Shown: in pieces, positions 19,838 to 28,180 of the stretch
Position numbering within the stretch: the stretch's first letter is position 1
Layout of the letters: the number at the start of each line of letters is the position of its first letter
Source of the DNA: Peptococcaceae bacterium UBA5755
GTDB taxonomy: Bacteria > Bacillota > Dehalobacteriia > UBA4068 > UBA5755
Assembly (NCBI GenBank): GCA_002419005.1
Contig: DIFF01000012.1
Location: 17,436-81,435 of the forward strand
Length of the DNA: 64,000 nucleotides
Direction: 5' to 3'
Notes under the pieces: model-generated
Seen by the model: only the letters and a program-made list of their open reading frames with translations
Database searches by the model: none
Told to the model about the DNA's origin: nothing
Made by a program: the position numbers and the translations under genes

Positions 19838-20555
19838 TAAATTAAAGGATCACTTAAAAAATATCATCAGCGAATATGGTCTATCCGCAGAGGAAATAAT
19901 TATTAGCTCCAAATCACTTTCTCCCGAGGAAGCTATAGGTGTAACCCAAAGAAAGGATTTTCCTATACTGACTGGGCAGGAAATTATGCTGGAAGCGTAT
20001 TTTAAAGATGCGGTAGGGCAGGCTTTCACCGATTCGCCAGCAGCTTTTAACGGCAGGCTCTCAGATATACTAGAGCTGGATATAGAAAACGACCCTTATG
20101 CCAAAGGTTTATTTATTGCCTCCCTAAATGCAATAATGAAATACCTTGGTCTAGCAGAAGGAACTATTCATTGTAAAAATCAAGAAGTAGAGAAGTGTGC
20201 TCAGAAATTTATTACCTTTATAAAAGAGCATTACGGTAATCCCAAAATTGCGTTGATAGGCTTTCAGCCGGCTCTTCTTGACAACCTTTCCAAGGTCTAC
20301 AAATTAAGAGTCCTGGATCTGAATCCAGATAATATTGGTAAAGAAAAATATGGCGTTCTCGTAGAAAACGGCATCACCGCTTATCAGGATGCAATTAACT
20401 GGGCAGATCTTATACTCTGCACGGGTAGTACCATCTGTAACGGTTCCGTAGTCAATTTTATTGATATCGGCAAACCGGTAATCTTTTATGGTACAACGAT
20501 AGCCGGAGCAGCAAAAATGTTGGGTCTAAAAAGAGCCTGTTTTTGTTCCGGATAA
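19824..20555 (+). CDS. DUF364/DUF4213-type Rossmann-like protein (putative metal-chelation protein linked to Mo/W uptake)
   Basis: Overlaps the modC stop. Overall similarity to the DUF364 family that co-occurs with tungstate/molybdate transporters. Confidence 0.5.
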   Translation: MNIYDKLKDHLKNIISEYGLSAEEIIISSKSLSPEEAIGVTQRKDFPILTGQEIMLEAYFKDAVGQAFTDSPAAFNGRLSDILELDIENDPYAKGLFIASLNAIMKYLGLAEGTIHCKNQEVEKCAQKFITFIKEHYGNPKIALIGFQPALLDNLSKVYKLRVLDLNPDNIGKEKYGVLVENGITAYQDAINWADLILCTGSTICNGSVVNFIDIGKPVIFYGTTIAGAAKMLGLKRACFCSG

Positions 20556-20589
20556 TCTGGTTTAAATCCCTTTATTCCCACCAACTTTT

Positions 20590-20666
20590 GGAGGCATAGC
20601 TCAGTTGGTTAGAGTGCCTGCTTCACATGCAGGAGGTCGCTGGTTCGAGCCCAGCTGTCTCCACCA
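20590..20666 (+). tRNA. tRNA-Val (anticodon CAC)
   Basis: Hand-folded cloverleaf: acceptor GGAGGCA/TGTCTCC, D-arm, anticodon loop tTCACAt, T-loop TTCGAGC, encoded CCA. Confidence 0.85.
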
Positions 20667-20674
20667 AATCAATC

Positions 20675-20714
20675 AAATCCGAACCTTGTACCAATCGGTG
20701 AAGGATTCGGATTT
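20675..20714 (+). terminator. hairpin downstream of tRNA-Val (terminator-like)
   Basis: aatccgaacctt...aaggattcggatt, a roughly 12-bp stem with one bulge. Confidence 0.4.
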
Positions 20715-20740
20715 GTGCTTTATCTGAAAGATATATAACA

Positions 20741-20779
20741 AACAATGAGGACGGCACATTTCATGCCGTCCTCATTGTT
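20741..20779. repeat. perfect 16-bp-stem inverted repeat
   Basis: aacaatgaggacggca-cattt ca-tgccgtcctcattgtt. Confidence 0.6.
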
Positions 20780-21039
20780 ATGTCTGTTGAATTTATTTTG
20801 TACCTGTGCTACTTTTATCCTTCTTTGCCATGCCAAGCCTTTCTCCATATTCGGTTGCCAAGGTACAATTTTTTCTGTATCAGCGGGCGTTTTTGCCGCT
20901 GTACCGTTGCTGCGTTCGTTTACGCTCCCGCGCTTCCCTCGATTGCTGAAAGATGTCCAAAAACAACCACTTTTTGTGGTTGGCAGTAAAACTCTATTTT
21001 TTGTTCAAGCTATCGGCTGATAAAAAATACATAGAAACA

Positions 21040-21516
21040 CTAAAAGTTAAATTTATTCTCCCAATTGAAGTTCCCGGATTGTTCTAAACTTGTAGGCCAA
21101 TGATTGCACCATTCCGGCACACCGGGAGTCTCAACTCTGTCAAGGCTCGGTGTATATGGCTTTATATCAAGTATTGGCATACCGTCGTTAGCGTCAATAT
21201 AGTAAATTTGAATAATGCCTTTTTTATAGTCTATATGAACGACCTGCACCGCAGTTAAAGCGATAGGATTTGGGCGAACAGGGGACCTTGTTGCAAAGAT
21301 ACCCATTATAGCCGGAACCTTTTTATACGGTTGCAGTGATTCAAGGGTATTCCTCGCTTCTTTATTATCAAAGTCTCTAAACCACCAAATAACATTAAGG
21401 TGACTAAATCCACCTAATGCTTGCAAAGCTGGAATATACTTCGGTTCAACTTCAATAAACATTCCTTCCTCGTTAACGCTGATTTTACCAATGGGGGTTA
21501 CATAAAAATTTTGCAT
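21040..21516 (-). CDS. TsaA/TrmO-family (YaeB, UPF0066) tRNA methyltransferase-like protein
   Basis: Motif TRSPVRPNPIALT typical of TsaA/TrmO. Start at ATG (MQNF) after GGAGGA. Confidence 0.6.
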   Translation of the reverse strand: MQNFYVTPIGKISVNEEGMFIEVEPKYIPALQALGGFSHLNVIWWFRDFDNKEARNTLESLQPYKKVPAIMGIFATRSPVRPNPIALTAVQVVHIDYKKGIIQIYYIDANDGMPILDIKPYTPSLDRVETPGVPEWCNHWPTSLEQSGNFNWENKFNF

Positions 21517-21543
21517 ATTGCATTCCTCCACATGATTTTTATT

Positions 21544-22446
21544 TTATCTGTAAATCCAGTGTAGACCCTGACACCATGTGAGAGTCAATATCAAAAAAGC
21601 GTTTTGCAAAAAATCTGCAAAACGCTTTTTTGATATTTTTTCCAGTGGGATTTGTATTTCAGTTAAGTATTTATCAGGACTTTCTTCATTCCATGGCCCT
21701 CGGTGAACAATTTGCCTGCTTTGCCCGGTCATTTTATACTGATTGTGTTCCTGCAACCAATTTGCATAAGCAAGATATGCGCCTGCTATGTTCTCAAATT
21801 TCCCATATACCATTGTGCAAGCCATCATCGGTACAGGCTCCGTATTACGATATACAAAGCCATTCATATTTTCACCCATTTTGGCTACGGGCGCACATAT
21901 TTCAATATCAACATCTTTTTCTCTATAATCTGTATCGTGATATATGGTAAAGGTATTGCTTGAAACAGGAATATCATTTTCATCTGCAAAGGCCGACATT
22001 TCTTTCCATAATTGACCTTCGGCATAATAATCAGGAACAGTCCGTCTTAAAGAAAACACTTGATAACTGGGAATAGATTTGATTAAAACGTTATAGTTTA
22101 TCGCTATCTTTTCCTGTCGAATATCCTTTTTTGCCAGTTCGATTTTAGATAGTTTATCTTGTTCGGCCTTAATCGTATTCTCAATTTCCAGGCGTTTATT
22201 TTCAATCTGATTTGTAATAAATTCATCATCCCAATTATTAAGGGAAACTGCAATTTCAGAAACATTAAAGCCTAAATCCCGCAAGAATATAATCTTGTTC
22301 AAAGTGGAAATCTGCTCCGTGGAATACAGTCTATAATTTGTAAATTTATCAATTTCCGCAGGTTTTAACAAGCCTGTTTCATTATAATATCTTAACATTC
22401 GGATTGATACTTGTGTTAATTTGGAAAACTCACCTATTTTGAACAT
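21544..22446 (-). CDS. MerR-family transcriptional regulator with GyrI-like effector-binding domain (BmrR-type)
   Basis: N-terminal MerR HTH (MFKIGEFSKLTQVSIRMLRYYNETGLL), a coiled-coil linker, and a C-terminal GyrI-like region. The ORF reads through a perfect bidirectional terminator hairpin at its 3' end. Confidence 0.7.
   Translation of the reverse strand: MFKIGEFSKLTQVSIRMLRYYNETGLLKPAEIDKFTNYRLYSTEQISTLNKIIFLRDLGFNVSEIAVSLNNWDDEFITNQIENKRLEIENTIKAEQDKLSKIELAKKDIRQEKIAINYNVLIKSIPSYQVFSLRRTVPDYYAEGQLWKEMSAFADENDIPVSSNTFTIYHDTDYREKDVDIEICAPVAKMGENMNGFVYRNTEPVPMMACTMVYGKFENIAGAYLAYANWLQEHNQYKMTGQSRQIVHRGPWNEESPDKYLTEIQIPLEKISKKRFADFLQNAFLILTLTWCQGLHWIYR
21593..21631. terminator. perfect bidirectional terminator hairpin (inside the 3' end of the MerR ORF)
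   Basis: aaaaaagcgttttgca-aaaaatc-tgcaaaacgctttttt. Confidence 0.6.
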
Positions 22447-22469
22447 TCGCACCACCTCTATATTAAAAT

Positions 22470-22498
22470 ATTATATCGTGAGTATTCTGAAACTGCAA
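22470..22498 (-). promoter_or_regulatory. candidate sigma-A promoter of the MerR gene (TTGCAG-17-TATAAT)
   Basis: Minus strand: -35 at 22498-22493 and -10 at 22475-22470. Confidence 0.4.
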
Positions 22499-22596
22499 AT
22501 AAAATACATTACCCATCTATTAGCTGTCTATCTTATTTTCATTCGCATTTGGTAGTTGCTTCCTTATGCACCATTCTCCGATGAATGACTGGCTGA

Positions 22597-23419
22597 AACA
22601 TCGGCACATATATTGATCGCGCATTATTTGCTAAGTTAGACCGCCTCTCCCGTAACCGTTATAATTCCGCTTTAAACAAGGCGGCGCTTCGTAAAAACAG
22701 CGTTAAGGTTGTATCAGCAAAAGAAAACATATCTGATGGGCCGGATGGTATCATTCTTGAATCCATGCTGGAGGGCTACGCTGAATACTATTTCGCGCAA
22801 AACAAGCCCTATACCATGGGCAGCTTTAACGCCCTGCTGAAAAACAGAAAATACATTAGGGAATACAAATATCAGGCTGTGATTATTCCCAACGGCGTAC
22901 CAGCCATCCTGTCCGAAGAACTGTTTTATCGTGTGCAGGAGCACATGGAGAAAAACAAGCGTGCTCCCGCGAGGACAAAGGCTGAGGAAGAATATTTGCT
23001 GACCACCAAGATTTTTTGCGGGAAATGCGGCAGCAGCTTGCCGAAACGGAAAAAGGGCTTGATAATCTGCTCAACGCCATCCAGCAGGGACTTTTGACCT
23101 CATCTACAAAAAAGCGGCTGAACGATTTGGAAGCGCAAAAAGAGGATTTAGAAATCAGCATTCTACAAGCTGAAATGCAAAAACCGAAATATACCAAAGA
23201 GCAGATGGTATTCTGGATAAGTCAATTCAAATACGGCGATATGGACAGTGTGGACTATCAGAAAAAATTATAGATACGTTCGTCAACTCCATCTATCTTT
23301 TTGATGACAAAATCGTGTTTACTTACAACTACAAAGATGGTACGAAAATTATCTCCCTCAAGGATATTGAGGGAGATAATTTGATGAGTGAGTCTTCACC
23401 AAATTGTTCAATACTCTGA
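22597..23419 (+). pseudogene. degraded serine recombinase (N-terminally truncated, at least two frameshifts)
   Basis: Frame opens directly after a stop with ...IDRALFAKLDRLSRN... (the catalytic-domain DRLSR motif), then a zinc-ribbon IFCGKCG and C-terminal coiled-coil. Translation is split over three frames (22597-23097, 23016-23273, about 23270-23419). No start codon or catalytic-Ser region. Confidence 0.6.
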
Positions 23420-23726
23420 TTATTATAATTAGCAGTATTATCCAAATTATAGTATTATTAGATCAGCAGCTAATTTTAAACAGTTTAAACCAACTATATT
23501 TGGTAATGTATTAACCGTTGTTGCTGTGTGTATAATAGGCATGTTTGGATTTTGTCAAATATTTAAAAGTATCAAACGTGCAAAAGTCAAAAAGGGTTTT
23601 TTACACTAGTTACCATTCTAACATGGATTATTATCATCTATCTGTCGTGGATTATGAGTGATGACTTTTTTACTACAATATATTTTATTGGAGCTGGGGG
23701 AGATTGATTATAAATTGGCCAAACAA

Positions 23727-23755
23727 TTGACGATATTGGTTCCCTGGGTTATGAT
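23727..23755 (+). promoter_or_regulatory. candidate sigma-A promoter of the esterase operon (TTGACG-17-TATGAT)
   Basis: -35 at 23727-23732 and -10 at 23750-23755. Confidence 0.45.
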
Positions 23756-23787
23756 GAAGATGTTTCATGAAAAGGTGGATCAATCTT

Positions 23788-24720
23788 ATGAATCTTCTGG
23801 AAAAAACAGCTTCAAAAGCAATATCCCACTTATATATTAATGTAAAAAAACATTATAAGATCTATCGTAAAATGTTAAATGCCGTAACCCTATATATTAA
23901 ACCACTTTACAACGCACTGGATCGTAAGATAATGGTTAATGATAGGGAAATTCCGGTACGCGTTTTTCGACCTAAAAAGAATAGCGTTTCAAAAGTCTTG
24001 ATTTTTTTTCATGGTGGAGGCTGGGTTACGGGCAATATCGATTCTTACACAAAAATATGCACTCATATGGCAGAACAAACGAAGCATACTGTTGTGTCGG
24101 TAGATTATCGATTAGCTCCGGAAAATCCCTTTCCGGCGGGTCTTGAAGATTGCTATTATGCAACCAGGGAATTTTTTTTAAATCGAGATCTCTCGAATTG
24201 TAATAGGGAGGATATAACATTAATCGGCGATAGTGCCGGGGCCACTTTAGTTGCGGCGGTTTCGCAGATGGCAAGGGATAATGGTGAATTTCTGCCTTGC
24301 AAGCAGATTCTATTATACCCTGCTACATATGGTGACTATAGTGAAAATTCTCCATTTCCTTCCGTACAAGAAAATGGATATGATTATATTCTTACCTCAA
24401 AACGAATGCGGGAGTACATGGAGCTGTATGTTAGAGACAAAAAGGATAGATATAGTCCTTATGTAGCTCCTATATTGGCACCGGATCTCTCCAACCAGCC
24501 AAAAACATTAATCATCACAGCTGAATATGATTTGCTGCGTGATGAAGGTGAGGCGTATGGAATCAAGCTTAAGGAATTTCATAATGATACCAGGATATAT
24601 CAAATGAAGGATGCCCTCCATGGTTTTCTTACCTTGCCGTGGAAATCGGAAGCTGTGGTAAAATGTTATAAAATAATCAATGATTTTCTAGGGTATAAAG
24701 AGAATTCGGGTGAGTGTTGA
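23788..24720 (+). CDS. alpha/beta-hydrolase fold-3 (HSL-like) esterase/lipase
   Basis: Oxyanion-hole motif FFHGGGW and nucleophile elbow GDSAG. Catalytic D/H candidates in the C-terminal part. AAGGTGG RBS lies 9 nt before the ATG. Confidence 0.75.
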   Translation: MNLLEKTASKAISHLYINVKKHYKIYRKMLNAVTLYIKPLYNALDRKIMVNDREIPVRVFRPKKNSVSKVLIFFHGGGWVTGNIDSYTKICTHMAEQTKHTVVSVDYRLAPENPFPAGLEDCYYATREFFLNRDLSNCNREDITLIGDSAGATLVAAVSQMARDNGEFLPCKQILLYPATYGDYSENSPFPSVQENGYDYILTSKRMREYMELYVRDKKDRYSPYVAPILAPDLSNQPKTLIITAEYDLLRDEGEAYGIKLKEFHNDTRIYQMKDALHGFLTLPWKSEAVVKCYKIINDFLGYKENSGEC

Positions 24721-24722
24721 AT

Positions 24723-26000
24723 ATGAAACACAAAAAGAAAATTGAGTGGAACAGACTTGATAATGCTTCGAAAATTTTTCCGGCAACTTACAGTGAAAAA
24801 GATACCAAGGTATTCCGAATTGCCTGTGAGTTGTATGAAAAAATAGAACCGGAAATTTTACAGGAGGCATTAAGTATAACGATTGAAGATTTTCCCTTCT
24901 ATAAGTCTGTATTACGGAGGGGGATGTTTTGGTATTATTTTGAGTCAAGTGATATTCAGCCGATAGTCCAGGTAGAGTCGAATTCAGTATGTGCTCCTAT
25001 ATATGTAGGACATAGATATAACTTGCTATTTAGGGTATTTTATTATAATAAAAGGATAAATTTTGAAGTATTCCATGCTCTTTCTGACGGTACAGGCGCA
25101 GTTTGGTTCATGCAGTCTCTTGTATATAACTATTTAAATCTGAAGCATAAAGGGACTTTTGCAAATACAGTTCTCCCGAACGATATTTCTTCTATAAATG
25201 GGAAAATGGATGATAGTTTTAAAAAGTATTTTGCCAGCAGCAATATTTTTGTTCGAAGAGTAAAGTACAAGGGAAAACAAAGAAGCCCCAAAGCATATCG
25301 TATTGGTGGAACCAAATTGGAAGAAAACAGAACAAATCTGGTAGAAGGTTCAATGTCTACTAAGGCTATTTTGAATTATGTCAATGAATACAATACGACC
25401 GTGACGATATTTATCGCATCCTTATTAATTTATTCGATCTATAAAGAAATGCCAATCCGTAAAAAAAAATATCCTGTTGTTTTGTCCATTCCAATAAATT
25501 TGCGTCCTTTTTTTAAGTCAGAAACAGGAAGAAACTTCTTTACCACCATGAATGTAGGTTACCCTTTTGATAAAGGTGCACATGATTTGGCAGATGTAAT
25601 TCGCGTGGTAAGTGAGAGCTTTAAAAGAAATTTGACAGAGGAACAGCTGGAAGATCAATTAAATCAATTTATGTTTTGGGAACGAAACCCTTTTACAAGA
25701 GTGAGTCCTTTGCAAATAAAGGATTTTGTCCTTCGTATCATCTCTAAAGTAAATGACAGAAAAATAACTTCAAACATATCCAACCTGGGACAAATCTCCA
25801 TGCCTTTAGAATTTAGTTCATATATTCGGCAGTTCAGCTTCTGTACGGGAGCCAAAAGACCTCAGATAAGTATGTGTTCTTATAATGATGTGATGGTTAT
25901 AAGTTTTACCTCGCCATTTCGAGAGACCAGTATACAAAGAATCTTTTTTCAGATGCTTTCAGAACATGGAATTGAAATTGAGATTTCATCCAATTTATAA
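24723..26000 (+). CDS. condensation / WS-DGAT-like acyltransferase (HxxxDG active-site motif, first His replaced by Phe)
   Basis: FHALSDGTG in the position of HHxxxDG. About 425 aa. Start 2 nt after the esterase stop, indicating an operon. Confidence 0.5.
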   Translation: MKHKKKIEWNRLDNASKIFPATYSEKDTKVFRIACELYEKIEPEILQEALSITIEDFPFYKSVLRRGMFWYYFESSDIQPIVQVESNSVCAPIYVGHRYNLLFRVFYYNKRINFEVFHALSDGTGAVWFMQSLVYNYLNLKHKGTFANTVLPNDISSINGKMDDSFKKYFASSNIFVRRVKYKGKQRSPKAYRIGGTKLEENRTNLVEGSMSTKAILNYVNEYNTTVTIFIASLLIYSIYKEMPIRKKKYPVVLSIPINLRPFFKSETGRNFFTTMNVGYPFDKGAHDLADVIRVVSESFKRNLTEEQLEDQLNQFMFWERNPFTRVSPLQIKDFVLRIISKVNDRKITSNISNLGQISMPLEFSSYIRQFSFCTGAKRPQISMCSYNDVMVISFTSPFRETSIQRIFFQMLSEHGIEIEISSNL

Positions 26001-26017
26001 CGTAGAGGAAGAGACTA

Positions 26018-26686
26018 ATGCAATATTGTAATCGCTGTCATGTTAATATACGGAGTGAAAAAAACAAGTGTGTTTTGTGCGGGGACACCCTATCAATTAT
26101 AGATTCCATCAATAAATATGAAGAAATATTCCCAGAAATACCCCCCATATATAATAGCCATTTGGCAATCCAAATCATGCTTTTTATTTCCTTTGCAGCT
26201 ATGGTGATAAGTTTCGGTATACGTATGATGCTTCCGACAAGCATTAATTGGCCCATTTTTGTCGTATTTGGGGTTCTTAGTATGTGGCTGAGTTTAATTT
26301 TTATTGTGCGAAAAAAGAACAATATACCTAGGACTATAATTTTTCAGGTTACCATTGCATCGTTGCTTGCTGTTTTTTGGGATTGGCAGACAGGTTGGAG
26401 GGGCTGGTCTTTGGATTATCTGATTCCGATTTTATATGTGGCAGCTGTAATAGTAATGTATATAACAGCCAGGATCACGAAGCTCAGTATTAGGGAGTAT
26501 ATTACATATGCCTTTATAGATTGTCTGTTCGGCACCATTCCCGTCTTGTTTATCTTATTTAAATGGGTCAACACCCCTTATCCTTCCATAATATGTGTGG
26601 TCATCAGTATTATCTTTTTATCAGCAATATTCATATTTCAAGGAGAGAATATCAAAATGGAATTAAACAAAAGGATGCATATATAG
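26018..26686 (+). CDS. zinc-ribbon domain protein fused to a roughly 6-TM membrane domain
   Basis: N-terminal CNRCH...CVLCG (CxxC-N13-CxxC) followed by six hydrophobic helices. Confidence 0.55.
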   Translation: MQYCNRCHVNIRSEKNKCVLCGDTLSIIDSINKYEEIFPEIPPIYNSHLAIQIMLFISFAAMVISFGIRMMLPTSINWPIFVVFGVLSMWLSLIFIVRKKNNIPRTIIFQVTIASLLAVFWDWQTGWRGWSLDYLIPILYVAAVIVMYITARITKLSIREYITYAFIDCLFGTIPVLFILFKWVNTPYPSIICVVISIIFLSAIFIFQGENIKMELNKRMHI

Positions 26687-26750
26687 TAATGTTTTTTGTT
26701 GGATATTTGTGATTTGCTCCTATTGATAAAAATAAAGAACGCAGTCTTGA

Positions 26751-26788
26751 AAGCCTTGGAAATGAAGTGTTTCCCAGGCTTTTTTTAT
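26751..26788 (+). terminator. rho-independent terminator of the three-gene operon
   Basis: aagccttgg-loop-ccaggctt followed by TTTTTT. Confidence 0.5.
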
Positions 26789-26900
26789 ATATCAGATTCC
26801 TTCTAGGTTAAACCATTTATAACAAAAAATGAGAATTATAACAAATTAGATTTAATATAATTTTAGTAAAAATTTTTTGTTTTTAGATGGAGCTGAAACT

Positions 26901-28163
26901 ATGATAAAAAAATTATCTATTTTTATAATGAGAAAAAAAACCATTGCTTTCGTGGTAGTTTGCTTTTTAATGTGTATCGGGCTGCTCGCCTTGTTTATGA
27001 ACATATTTTCCAAGAGTGTTATAACTTCACTGCCAAACAACTCAGAATATGTGATTCTGGCGGCAAACGAGCAGGGAATGCATTGTATTCAACACGATTA
27101 TGCCAGTTTTTTGATTCTTCCTCCGGGCAACAACCTGAAGGTTCAGGTATTTTACAATGATGGAAAAACAGCCAAGTTAATTTCTTCTGGCATTAAAGTT
27201 AGTTATCAAATCATAAACAATACTACTTCATCTGATAAAATTAACTTCTGGCAGTACGCCAAAGATTACGGATATGACGTTGCACCCAACATAGGCATCA
27301 CCGGTAACGGCTTGTCGGGTGAAATGAAAATTTCCGATGACGGAAATTATTATGAGGCCACAGCCATACCTGTGACGCCCTATAATGATGAAAGCACAGA
27401 ACTAAATCCCTATCAGCTTGCTTATATTCAAGTTTATGATGCTACCACTGGTGAAATACTTGCTACAATCGACGATGTTGTAGTACCGGTTTCCGATGAA
27501 ATGGACTGCGGAGTATGTCACGGTACAGTCGATACGGATTTAAATATTTTAAAAACCCATGACCAACTGTCAAAAACCAAATTGGCGGAAGAGCTGGCGC
27601 TTGGCAAACGATACAAATGCTCTGATTGCCATCAGGACAATGCTCTTGATATGCCTGGAAACTCTGGTGTTTTACCGATGTCAAAAGCGATGCACGGTTT
27701 TCACGCAGACAAAATGGGGCAAAGCAATATCAAACCCGAATGTTATAGCTGCCATCCCGGTCCGGTAAGCCAATGCTATCGGGGCGCCATGTCAAGCAAG
27801 GTCAGCTGCACTGATTCAGAATGCCATGGCGACATGCAAAACATTGCCCAAACGCAAGCACAGGGCAGGCAGGCATGGCTACAGGAACCAGACTGTGGCG
27901 TTTGTCACGGAGCAAAATATGGGGTCAATCCAGGCCTCCTTTATCAAGATTCCTATCTGATCAATAATGCTAGCTCTGAAATGAATGGCATTATTCAATG
28001 TGAATCCTGTCATAACAGTTCACATGCCGAATGGAAATCAACCAATCCGGCGGATAATCTTCTGCCCATAAGGTTATTAGGATATGCAAGTTTTATCAAC
28101 AAATGTACAGTCTGCCATGAAGGCAAGGGGGTAATACACAGTGAATTAATGGATGAACAATAG
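26901..28163 (+). CDS. membrane-anchored multiheme c-type cytochrome (six CxxCH plus one CX4CH motif)
   Basis: N-terminal TM anchor. Heme-binding motifs CGVCH, CSDCH, CYSCH, CTDSECH (CX4CH), CGVCH, CESCH, CTVCH. Confidence 0.65.
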   Translation: MIKKLSIFIMRKKTIAFVVVCFLMCIGLLALFMNIFSKSVITSLPNNSEYVILAANEQGMHCIQHDYASFLILPPGNNLKVQVFYNDGKTAKLISSGIKVSYQIINNTTSSDKINFWQYAKDYGYDVAPNIGITGNGLSGEMKISDDGNYYEATAIPVTPYNDESTELNPYQLAYIQVYDATTGEILATIDDVVVPVSDEMDCGVCHGTVDTDLNILKTHDQLSKTKLAEELALGKRYKCSDCHQDNALDMPGNSGVLPMSKAMHGFHADKMGQSNIKPECYSCHPGPVSQCYRGAMSSKVSCTDSECHGDMQNIAQTQAQGRQAWLQEPDCGVCHGAKYGVNPGLLYQDSYLINNASSEMNGIIQCESCHNSSHAEWKSTNPADNLLPIRLLGYASFINKCTVCHEGKGVIHSELMDEQ

Positions 28164-28180
28164 AGGGGTGTGGTAACGGA

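Noticed and set aside
20745-21020. ORF-track ORFs of 91 aa and 69 aa (20745-21020, 20780-20989) downstream of tRNA-Val
   Set aside because: They are translated across the 16-bp inverted repeat and GC-rich hairpins. They have no RBS and are low-complexity, Cys/Phe/Leu-rich. Most likely non-coding structure.
20590-23500. tRNA 3'-end direct repeat marking an integrative element boundary
   Set aside because: I searched by eye for a second copy of GGTTCGAGCCCAGCTGTCTCCACCA-like sequence downstream and found none. The island boundary cannot be supported from sequence alone.
23430-23660. Possible small TM peptide (...TIFGNVLTVVAVCIIGMFGFCQIFKSIKRAKVKK...) in the AT-rich gap before the esterase
   Set aside because: The frame opens after a TAG with no ATG/GTG/TTG before the hydrophobic stretch and no RBS. 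Only a 22-aa internal Met start is available.
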